Source: Patescibacteria group bacterium (GTDB lineage: Bacteria > Patescibacteriota > Microgenomatia > UBA10105 > UBA927). Taken from it: a stretch of 64,000 nucleotides of DNA. The notes under the pieces are model-generated. The model did not search any database. It saw nothing but the letters and a program-made list of their open reading frames with translations, and was not told where the DNA came from. Each line of letters opens with the position of its first letter. Position 1 is the first letter of the stretch. Shown piece by piece: positions 1 through 7,759 of this stretch. The position numbers were made by a program, and so were the translations under genes. Where the stretch lies: NCBI GenBank assembly GCA_023379025.1, contig JAMCTH010000003.1, positions 169,259 through 233,258 on the forward strand. The letters are read 5' to 3'.

Positions 1-186
1 GAGCATAACCTCGGAGACCATGATCCGGTATGGATCGTGGGTATGCCGCCACGGCAGATCCCTCCTGTGGATCTTCCACCAGAAAAAAATCCTCTGCTGA
101 AAAGAGCGCACGTCGCTCTGCTTTAGTATCACGACGTTATTCTATCAAAACCTGCGGCCCTACGGCGTCTATAGTACAATACGCTC

Positions 187-1047
187 ATGAAAGCGGGAAC
201 GGTATGTCTCATCGGGCGCCCGAATGCGGGCAAGTCGACACTCGTCAATGCGATTGTCGGACACAAGGTTGCCATAACTTCTCCTAAGCCTCAGACCACC
301 CGCTTCCCGATCCGCGCCGTCTATGAAGACAACCGCGGCCAGATCCTCTTCACGGATACGCCCGGCATATTTGCCAAAGCCTCCGATACCCTCTCACGGA
401 AAATCAATCCGGAAGCCGAATCCGCGCTCAGGGACGGCGCCGATCTCATCCTCTATGTTATAGACCATACCCGCCAGAAAAGCTTCGAAGAAAACAGGGC
501 GCTCGGCATCGTCCGTAAATCCGGCATCCCGACCATCCTCGTCATCAATAAAACGGACATCCGGGAACCGACATATGAAGTGCAGTATAAATTCATGGAA
601 TCCGAATGCGCTGCGGTTGTCCGCCTGTCGGCGCAAAAACATACCCACATAAACACACTCCTTGAAGAAATTTTTGCCCGCCTGCCGGAGGGGGAACCTT
701 TCGTTGATACCTCCGCACTCGCCCAGCCGGCAATACATATGGACAGCAAAACGTACCTTGCGGAAATCATCCGCGAGAAGGCGTTCCTGTTTCTCCGTCG
801 TGAAGTACCGTATAGCCTGACCGCGGTCGTAGACGACATCGAGGAGCGGGATAACGGGGTACTCTACATCAAGGCACGCATACTCACTTCTGCGGACCGC
901 TATAAGTCCATGATCATCGGTGCCGGAGGACGGATGGTGAAAGAAATAAGCATGGCAGCACGGAAAGAACTGGAGACCGCAAGCGGGAAGAAAGTATTTG
1001 TGGACCTCTCGGTCGAGACGGATGGGCACTGGATGGACTTCATTTAG
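187..1047 (+). CDS. era: GTPase Era
   Basis: N-terminal G1 motif GRPNAGKST, then DTPG; C-terminal KH-like region; 286 aa. Confidence 0.9.
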   Translation: MKAGTVCLIGRPNAGKSTLVNAIVGHKVAITSPKPQTTRFPIRAVYEDNRGQILFTDTPGIFAKASDTLSRKINPEAESALRDGADLILYVIDHTRQKSFEENRALGIVRKSGIPTILVINKTDIREPTYEVQYKFMESECAAVVRLSAQKHTHINTLLEEIFARLPEGEPFVDTSALAQPAIHMDSKTYLAEIIREKAFLFLRREVPYSLTAVVDDIEERDNGVLYIKARILTSADRYKSMIIGAGGRMVKEISMAARKELETASGKKVFVDLSVETDGHWMDFI

Positions 1048-1101
1048 AAAACTGTTGATGGATAGTGGAAATTGGGAATAGAAATGGAGGTTCGAAATTG
1101 G

Positions 1102-1516
1102 TCAACCACCTCCCTGTTGCTTTGCATGATAATTTGTCCAATTCTGCTTAAGTTTAGTAAGTCTTTTACACGCTATATCATAATTTTTTATGGCGTGGTT
1201 ACATACAGCAACATCAACAAATTGCGGGTAAACATCAATACAGACTGACAGGTGATGTATCATTTCATTTGATTCACCAATCGTATCGTCAAGACTCTTT
1301 TTCCATTGACGCTTCTGATAACGCTTTGCGAATGCTTCTGCAATAAGTGCCGGGCCGGCCTTAGAAGCTCTTCGTATCTGATCCGCTAAGTCGTACTTTT
1401 CTTCTTTTTGGTAATGAAGGGACTATTTTTGTAATAACTAACACCATTAATGAATATAGATCCTGATAGACGACAAGGTCGCGAAAACCTCTTATTGAGT
1501 GTTGGCTATTCTCCAT
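1102..1516 (-). pseudogene. Four-helix-bundle protein (23S rRNA intervening-sequence protein family), frameshifted at a poly-A run
   Basis: Minus-strand translation gives MENSQHSIRGFRDLVVYQDLYSLMVLVITKIVPSLPK in one frame and EKYDLADQIRRASKAGPALIAEAFAKRYQ...IGESNEMIHHLSV in the adjacent frame. The two frames are joined by a 1-nt shift inside ccaaaaagaagaaaag. Both halves match the conserved 4HB pattern (FRDL.VWQ ... Q.RRAA.S...NIAEG ... IA.GS.EL). Confidence 0.5.
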
Positions 1517-1546
1517 TTTCTAATTTCCATTACCAATTTCCGTTTT

Positions 1547-2947
1547 CTATAAACCAATTTCTAATCTCTTAAGCGTTTCCTCTTTCCCCAAAATTTCCAG
1601 CGATTCGAGAAGTGGCGGTCCGACGGTTTTCCCCGTGACCGCAACCCTGATTTCCATAAAGAGATCCCTTGCCTTGATACCCGCCTTTTCCGAAGCGCTC
1701 CTCACTGCCCGCTCCATCGCTTCATGATCCCAATCCGTCATCTCCAGTGCCTTTTTCCCGATGCTCAGGACATCCGCTGCGAACGGCCGTTCAAATCCTT
1801 TCGGCCGCTCAAAGAAAAACCCTGCCAGAGAACGGTATTCCTTAAGCGTACTCATCCGCTCCTTCACGAGAGGGATGGTACGTGAAACCAGGGAGTGTTC
1901 GAGTGTTCCTATAGAAGCATCAAAAGCAACAAGCCGCTCATGCAGCTCTTTATCATCAAGAGCACGGATGTACTGGCCGTTCACCCAATCGAGCTTTTTA
2001 AGGTCAAACCTCGGAGCCTGTGAACCGATGGACCGGATATCGAAAAGCCGGATAAACTCGGCAAGCGGATATATCTCCTTCCCTTCCGGATGATGCCAGA
2101 CGATATTGGAAAGGTAGTTAAGAACCGCTTCCGGCAGGTAGCCGCCTTTCCGGTAATACTCGACGGATGCATGGCCGTGCCGTTTGGAGAGTTTCCCCTT
2201 CCCGTCTTCGTTGAGGATGAGGGGCAGATGCCCATGAACCGGCATATCCCATCCGAAGTACCGGTAAAGAAGGACATGTTTCGGCGTGGACGAGATCCAT
2301 TCCTTGCCGCGGAATACATGGCTTATCTCCATGAGGTGGTCATCGACAACCACCGCCAGATGGTACGTCGGATATCCGTCAGATTTTAAGATAACCTGGT
2401 GATCGATGACATCGCTGTCAAATTCAATATGGCCGGCGATCAGATCGTCAAATGCGATCGTTTCATGTTCAGGCACCTTCATCCGTATGACGTACGGTAT
2501 ACCGTCTTTAAGCCTGGCACGAACTTCGTCTGCCGTCAGCTTCAGACAGGTTTGGTCATACATCGGCGGCTGATGGTTTTTTTCCTGCGTTTTCCGCATC
2601 TCATCCAGGCGCCCGCGCGTACAAAAGCAGTGATAGGCATACCCTTTCCCTATCAGGGAGTCGACATATTTTCTATAAAGGGGAAGGCGCTCCGACTGAC
2701 GGTACGGCGCATACGGACCGCCCACTTTCGGACTCTCGTCCGGCGCGAGACCGAACCAGGCAAACGCATCGTAGATAATCCCTTCCGCGCCCTCCACAAA
2801 CCGTGCCCTGTCCGTATCCTCCAGCCGCATGACAAACTGTCCGTGGTTCTGGCGGGAAAAGGCAAAATCAACAAGCACCTGGTAAATCGTCCCGATATGC
2901 GGAAAACCTGTCGGAGAAGGAGCGATTCTTGTGCGGACGGTGTCCAT
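1547..2947 (-). CDS. gltX: Glutamyl-tRNA synthetase (class I)
   Basis: HIGH-type motif PTGFPHIGT and KMSKS-type motif KLSKRHG. Start trimmed to MDTVRTRIAPSPTG. The upstream part of the track ORF has no homology. Confidence 0.85.
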   Translation of the reverse strand: MDTVRTRIAPSPTGFPHIGTIYQVLVDFAFSRQNHGQFVMRLEDTDRARFVEGAEGIIYDAFAWFGLAPDESPKVGGPYAPYRQSERLPLYRKYVDSLIGKGYAYHCFCTRGRLDEMRKTQEKNHQPPMYDQTCLKLTADEVRARLKDGIPYVIRMKVPEHETIAFDDLIAGHIEFDSDVIDHQVILKSDGYPTYHLAVVVDDHLMEISHVFRGKEWISSTPKHVLLYRYFGWDMPVHGHLPLILNEDGKGKLSKRHGHASVEYYRKGGYLPEAVLNYLSNIVWHHPEGKEIYPLAEFIRLFDIRSIGSQAPRFDLKKLDWVNGQYIRALDDKELHERLVAFDASIGTLEHSLVSRTIPLVKERMSTLKEYRSLAGFFFERPKGFERPFAADVLSIGKKALEMTDWDHEAMERAVRSASEKAGIKARDLFMEIRVAVTGKTVGPPLLESLEILGKEETLKRLEIGL

Positions 2948-2992
2948 AGTTACATTGATTCTACCATCACCTTCTCCTATACTCAAAGAAGA

Positions 2993-4048
2993 ATGGCTTC
3001 TCTCACCGAAACTGCTTACTATACGAGACGCACCATCAACTGGCTGATCCTTGCCGTCATCGCGTATTTTCTCCTCAGGATCTTCTGGAGCATGTTTGTT
3101 GCCGCATGGCTTATCCTTTTTCCTCCGAAAGCCCCTCCCCCGAACCACAGGTTCGGGAAACTTCCCGCGCTCGTATTTCCGCCGGTGGCGTCAGGCTCGG
3201 CAAAACTGAAATTCTCCCTCCAGACGATCCAGGGAGACCTGCCTGCCGCATCGGCATCCGCCAATGTCTATCTCATGCCCAAGTCTCCGGCAAACCTACT
3301 CGCTATGCCCAATACCCAGGCCTTTGCCCAGCAGCTCAAATTCGACCCGACGCCCATACAGGACACCAAGGATATATTTCACTTCAATGATCCGGCGTTT
3401 CCGCTCCGGACGCTGACCTACAACATCGTATCGGATAATTTCCGGCTGTTTTATGACTTCACGAAAGAACCGAGCCTGTTTAACGACCATGCGCTCCCAT
3501 CGACCGATGAGGTGAAAACCGACGCCATAGCCCAAATGCAGAACCTCAGTATCTATGTTCCGGATCTGAAACTCGGCACCAGGAGCGTATCGTTTCTCCG
3601 CTATATCAACAGCCAGCTCATGCCCGCGACGAGTCTTTCCCAGGCGGACGCAGAACGCATAGACTTTTTCCGTCAGGAAGTCGGAGACACGAAAATTCTC
3701 CCTCCCGATCCGGATGAAGGTTCCGTATACCTCATATACTCGGGCTCTTTGACATCCCAAAAACAGCTTATTGATTTTACCTACCGCTTCTGGCCGATCG
3801 ATTATGAAACCTACGGCACGTATGCGCTCAAAACCAGTTCCCAGGCATGGCAGGATCTTCAGGGCGGCAGAGGATATATCGCGCGCTACCCCAACAACGG
3901 CTCAACGACCGTAACCGTCCGGAACATCTACCTTGCATACTACGACAGCTATGATCCGGAGACGTATCTCCAGCCGATCTTCGTCTTTGAAGGAGACTAT
4001 GGATTTATGGCTTATGTGCCGGCTGTGGATCCTGCCTGGACGGAATGA
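2993..4048 (+). CDS. Hypothetical membrane-anchored protein (N-terminal TM helix, large extracytoplasmic domain)
   Basis: Start chosen at MASLTETAYY... where the hydrophobic stretch INWLILAVIAYFLLRIFWSMFVAAWLILF begins. The first approx. 200 codons of the track ORF overlap gltX antisense and are discarded. No recognisable family. Confidence 0.45.
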   Translation: MASLTETAYYTRRTINWLILAVIAYFLLRIFWSMFVAAWLILFPPKAPPPNHRFGKLPALVFPPVASGSAKLKFSLQTIQGDLPAASASANVYLMPKSPANLLAMPNTQAFAQQLKFDPTPIQDTKDIFHFNDPAFPLRTLTYNIVSDNFRLFYDFTKEPSLFNDHALPSTDEVKTDAIAQMQNLSIYVPDLKLGTRSVSFLRYINSQLMPATSLSQADAERIDFFRQEVGDTKILPPDPDEGSVYLIYSGSLTSQKQLIDFTYRFWPIDYETYGTYALKTSSQAWQDLQGGRGYIARYPNNGSTTVTVRNIYLAYYDSYDPETYLQPIFVFEGDYGFMAYVPAVDPAWTE

Positions 4049-4062
4049 GGAATGAAGCAAAT

Positions 4063-4131
4063 CGTTAGTTCGTTAGTTCGCGAGACCGTTCATTCGTATA
4101 TAAAGAATTTTTATCGAAGTAACGAAGTAAC
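4063..4131. repeat. Inverted pair of tandem 8-mers (cgttagttcgttagttcg ... cgaagtaacgaagtaac) between convergent genes; bidirectional terminator candidate
   Basis: The arms are near reverse complements (one mismatch per 8-mer) and are separated by approx. 34 nt of AT-rich spacer. Lies between the stop codons of the 2993..4048 (+) and 4148..5140 (-) genes. Confidence 0.4.
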
Positions 4132-4147
4132 TTGTGTTGCGAACCAA

Positions 4148-5140
4148 CTATTCTCCTGTTCCATAAATTTGCCAGGCATAGTTTCCGAAGACCCAGTCAA
4201 TGAGTTTCGTCGTGTCTCCGAAGCGGTCCTGACTGTGAAGAACGACAAAAATCACCTGGTGCCCGCCCCGGTCCACAAGGGTTACGAGATTTTCTCCGGC
4301 TTCCTCCGTCCAGCCGGTCTTGATGCCGGCAACCCCCGGGATTTTCCCCAGAAGCTCATTGACGTTTTTGAGCGCATGGTAATACGTATGCGTCACGTCC
4401 GGCACGGTGATCTCCGGGATCGCCACCATTGTTGTGATCGTTTTGTTGGTCAGGGCATAGGCGGAAAGCCGGGCGAGGTCAAGCGGTGTCGTTTTATGTT
4501 CCGGATTGTCGTATCCCACCGGATTGGTAAAATGCGTATCTGTGAGGTGCAGCTCCTTCGCCTTCAGATTCATCGCGGTCACAAATGCCGGCTCGCCACC
4601 CGGGAAATGATCCGCAAGCGCCCGGGCGGCATCGTTTCCTGAGTAGATGAGCGCGCCGTACAGCAGATTTTCCACGGTCATCCGTTCTCCGGGAAACAAC
4701 CCCATGACCTGTCCGTCGTTGGCGATATTGTTTACCGTCACCACGTCATCGAGGTTATAATGCTCGAGCGCAACAAGCGCCGTCATAATCTTGGTCGTCG
4801 AGGCCGGGGCAAGACGCTCTTCTGCGTTGCGCTTATAGAGGTATACGCCGGATGCAACATCCAGAACGACAACGCCTTCTGCGGAGATTTCCGGACCCGG
4901 ATACACGCCGGTTCTGTTTTCCGGATACGGCGCGGGAGCCGGAACGTGCGGCAGGGCACTGCGCGGCGGTTCGGGCGTCTCTTCACGGAGGGCAACGGTG
5001 TAGACATTCTGGCCGGGATAGAAAAGGAAAAAGACCGCCAACACGGTAAGGAGTAACATCTTACTCCAGGAATGCATATACCACCTGCTGCCGGATGGCT
5101 TCTTCTGTTTCGGTTTGGGAAGAAGTTTCTGCGCTGACAT
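4148..5140 (-). CDS. D-alanyl-D-alanine carboxypeptidase (S11 family, PBP5/6-like)
   Basis: SxxK motif ASTTK, SGN motif YSGNDAA, and KTG-like motif. N-terminal signal/TM segment MHSWSKMLLLTVLAVFFLF. Start is uncertain (5140 or 5077). The upstream part of the track ORF overlaps aspS. Confidence 0.75.
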   Translation of the reverse strand: MSAQKLLPKPKQKKPSGSRWYMHSWSKMLLLTVLAVFFLFYPGQNVYTVALREETPEPPRSALPHVPAPAPYPENRTGVYPGPEISAEGVVVLDVASGVYLYKRNAEERLAPASTTKIMTALVALEHYNLDDVVTVNNIANDGQVMGLFPGERMTVENLLYGALIYSGNDAARALADHFPGGEPAFVTAMNLKAKELHLTDTHFTNPVGYDNPEHKTTPLDLARLSAYALTNKTITTMVAIPEITVPDVTHTYYHALKNVNELLGKIPGVAGIKTGWTEEAGENLVTLVDRGGHQVIFVVLHSQDRFGDTTKLIDWVFGNYAWQIYGTGE

Positions 5141-5183
5141 AACGTACGAGCCGTGTCGCCACGGGACAAAAGCTGGTAGCCGA

Positions 5184-7088
5184 TTACGCGGCTTCGCGGG
5201 AAAACGAACCGACAACGGGACGGGCGACGTTTTCGTAAGACTTCTCTGCCATGGAAACGGATTTGGTATGGAGACCCGCGTTAAAGACGATCGTATCGTT
5301 TTTCCGGACGGCATCATCCATATAGAGCGGCACGTCGAATATATGGCCGAACGGCGGTACGGCGCCGATTGGGACGGATGTAACCCGAAGCACCTCATCG
5401 GGTGTCGCCATACGGAGGTCTTTTATTCCGTAAAGTTTTTTGAACGCATGCATGTCTATTTTCCTGTCTCCGGGAAGTACGACCATGAGCGGCTTGCCGT
5501 CACCGTAAAGAAGAATCGCCTTGGCACCGGCAGAGAGAGACGTATGTCTCACGTCCGCCGCTTCCCGGGATGTCGTAACGGCTTTATGTTCATGCGTCTT
5601 GTATTCACTATGGCCCTCGTCCAGAAGCTGTGTGATCGTCCTATACACAGATTCCCCGCCGGTCTTCTTTTGGGAAACGACAGAAATTCCAAGCTCTTTA
5701 AGTTGCCCGTCCGACGCCTGACTCGGCGCATCCATGACGCTCGTCTGCCCTCCCGCTGAAGCGGGAAATGCCATAACCTCCCGAATGCTCGGTTCACCAA
5801 GAGCAGTAAAGAGAAAACGGTCTATCCCCGGCGCGATGCCGCCGTGCGGCGGGACTCCGTACGTAAACGCCGTCAGCATATGGTCAAACTGTGCTTTCTG
5901 CTCTTCGGTAAACCCGATAAGATCAAATACTTTTTCCTGGACGTGTCTCTCATGAATTCTTATGCTTCCCCCGCCGACTTCATAGCCGTTCAGGACCATG
6001 TCGTGCTGCAGTCCCCGGACCTTCATGGGATCGGTCTCAAGAAGCGGTATGTCATCCGGATGCGGAGCGGTAAACATATGATGCGACGGCGCAAACCTCG
6101 CTTTTCCCGATCCGTGATAGAAGTCTTCTTCTGATTGCTCGGTAAAGAGCGGAAAGTCGACTGTCCACGCAAATGCAAGCTCATTGGGGTCTTTTTTATC
6201 GCGCCGCAGGTCCGGCTTATCGGTGCCATAGCGGGCAATCGCTTCCTTATGAGGGATCCTGGGCCAGGGAGTCTCGGTAATGTGTTTTTCCGGAAAAAGT
6301 TCCCCGACAAGCTTCGTAAACAGATCTTCGGCCAGAGTTAAAATATCTTCCTGGGTGACAAACGACAGCTCCATATCCAGCTGCGTAAACTCTCCGTACG
6401 CCCGGTCTTTTCTGGGATCCTCATCGCGGAAACATCGCGCAAGCTGAAAGTAGCGCTCGAGTCCGGCAACCATCAGGAGCTGCTTGTACTGCTGGGGAGA
6501 CTGCGGAAGCGCATAAAATTTCCCTTTCTGGAGGCGCGAAGGCACGATGAAATCCCTGGCCCCTTCCGGCGTGGTTTTTGTCAGAATGGGCGTTTCCACC
6601 TCGACAAAATCACGCTCGGTGAGGTAATTGCGGATAAAGGTGGTCATGCGGGACTTGAGACGGAGGTTTCTTGTCATGCGGGCGCGCCGGATATCGAGAT
6701 ACCGGTATTTCATCCGGATTTCCTCGTTTACCTCATAGCCGTCGGTATCGATAGGAAACGGAAGCTCCCTGGCTTTGCTGATAACCGTAAGTTTTTCTAC
6801 TTCAACTTCCACCTGTCCCGTCGGGATCTTGGGATTTACCATGGAGGCCGGACGCTCCTTCACGACCCCGGTGACTTCGATGACTGCTTCCGGCCGGGCT
6901 TCCGACAGGGTCTGACCACGCTCGCTTTTAAGGTCTGACCCTGAATAAACAAGCTGGACGATCCCCGAGCGGTCACGGAGGTCAAGGAAGGTGATTTTCC
7001 CATGATCCCGGCGGGTAGTCACCCACCCCTTTAGGATAACTTCCTCACCGACCTTTTTGACTGTTTCAACCGCTAGCGTCCGCTTCAT
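5184..7088 (-). CDS. aspS: Aspartyl-tRNA synthetase (short archaeal/ND type, no GAD insertion) fused to a C-terminal YbaK/ProX-like aminoacyl-tRNA deacylase domain
   Basis: Class II motifs FRDEDPRKDRAYGEFTQLDMELSF and GGGSIRIHE...GIAPGIDRF. Canonical AspRS C-terminal end MAFP...QLKELGISV. A further approx. 165 aa (YRTITQLL...KAILLYGDGKPLMVVLPGDRKIDMHAFKKL...SVPIGAVPPFGH...IVFNAGLHTKSV) has a YbaK-like pattern. Confidence 0.8.
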   Translation of the reverse strand: MKRTLAVETVKKVGEEVILKGWVTTRRDHGKITFLDLRDRSGIVQLVYSGSDLKSERGQTLSEARPEAVIEVTGVVKERPASMVNPKIPTGQVEVEVEKLTVISKARELPFPIDTDGYEVNEEIRMKYRYLDIRRARMTRNLRLKSRMTTFIRNYLTERDFVEVETPILTKTTPEGARDFIVPSRLQKGKFYALPQSPQQYKQLLMVAGLERYFQLARCFRDEDPRKDRAYGEFTQLDMELSFVTQEDILTLAEDLFTKLVGELFPEKHITETPWPRIPHKEAIARYGTDKPDLRRDKKDPNELAFAWTVDFPLFTEQSEEDFYHGSGKARFAPSHHMFTAPHPDDIPLLETDPMKVRGLQHDMVLNGYEVGGGSIRIHERHVQEKVFDLIGFTEEQKAQFDHMLTAFTYGVPPHGGIAPGIDRFLFTALGEPSIREVMAFPASAGGQTSVMDAPSQASDGQLKELGISVVSQKKTGGESVYRTITQLLDEGHSEYKTHEHKAVTTSREAADVRHTSLSAGAKAILLYGDGKPLMVVLPGDRKIDMHAFKKLYGIKDLRMATPDEVLRVTSVPIGAVPPFGHIFDVPLYMDDAVRKNDTIVFNAGLHTKSVSMAEKSYENVARPVVGSFSREAA

Positions 7089-7268
7089 AATATTATCCTA
7101 AAGCACATCTCATAATTCGTCACTCTGGCTTGTCCAGAGTCACTAACCATTACTTTGATTCCGGATGCGCCTTCGGCTTACCAGAATGACGTAAACTACG
7201 TAGTTATGAAATACTTCCACTTATCATTTGTCATTTATCATTTAGCATTGTATCCGTCTTTCCACCCC

Positions 7269-7298
7269 TTGACAATAACTGAGGTTGTTTGATATAAA
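7269..7298 (+). promoter_or_regulatory. Sigma70-like promoter: -35 TTGACA, 18-nt spacer, extended -10 TGaTATAAA
   Basis: TTGACA at 7269-7274 and TG-n-TATAAA at 7290-7298. It sits in an otherwise gene-free 400-nt intergenic region. Confidence 0.45.
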
Positions 7299-7304
7299 TG
7301 TATG

Positions 7305-7459
7305 GTAGTTCACAATTAGACCTATGCAAAGCGCTTCCGTCCACTTTATTCAGACCCTTATGAGCCTCCGAATTGGAGAGAGGGTTTGTGTGGCGGCTGC
7401 GTAACGAATAAAAACAAAGTCATTCCAAAACAAACCCTCCAGAAGACGGAGGGTTTTTT
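7305..7459 (+). ncRNA. Candidate small RNA or 5' leader (approx. 155 nt) bounded by a consensus promoter and an intrinsic terminator
   Basis: Consensus promoter immediately upstream. Perfect terminator CCCTCC-agaagac-GGAGGG + TTTTTT at 7435-7459. No ORF over 26 aa. No match to SRP, 6S or tmRNA motifs that I can see. Confidence 0.3.
7432..7459 (+). terminator. Rho-independent terminator (6-bp GC stem, 7-nt loop, T6)
   Basis: aaaCCCTCCagaagacGGAGGGtttttt read directly. Confidence 0.6.
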
Positions 7460-7500
7460 GATGGATACCGCATACGTGCCGAAAGGAGGTGGTATGTATT

Positions 7501-7737
7501 ATGGAAGCAGATGTTGATACAGGAACAGGAAGTGGCTATCAGACAAGCGCTGCCTTTTTTTGCGCAGGCGAATCAATGCCTCTCCCAACGCAATATACAT
7601 CCGAAGATATATTCAGACAGGCAGAAACTCTTTTTGCTCTTGCCAGTTCAGGCATACTTGAAAATCCTGAAGAAGCATTGGAAAGGGCAGAAAGCTTATT
7701 AAACTATGCAGCAGGACTCAGCGCCGGCGGAAAGTGA
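7501..7737 (+). CDS. Hypothetical small acidic protein (78 aa)
   Basis: Start ATG at 7501, 9 nt after a GGAGGTG RBS; MEADVDTGTGSGYQ.... No family recognised. Sits just downstream of the terminator above. Confidence 0.35.
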   Translation: MEADVDTGTGSGYQTSAAFFCAGESMPLPTQYTSEDIFRQAETLFALASSGILENPEEALERAESLLNYAAGLSAGGK

Positions 7738-7759
7738 TCTCCTGAAAGCTATCTACCAA

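Noticed and set aside
2399-2992. N-terminal approx. 200 codons of the 549-aa plus-strand ORF
   Set aside because: Overlaps gltX on the opposite strand and lacks features. The real gene most likely starts at 2993, where the TM helix begins.
7305-7459. Assignment of the sRNA candidate as SRP RNA, 6S RNA or tmRNA
   Set aside because: Lacks the SRP domain-IV motif (GGAAGCAGCC), the tmRNA tRNA-like ends and the 6S end-pairing architecture, so it is left unclassified.
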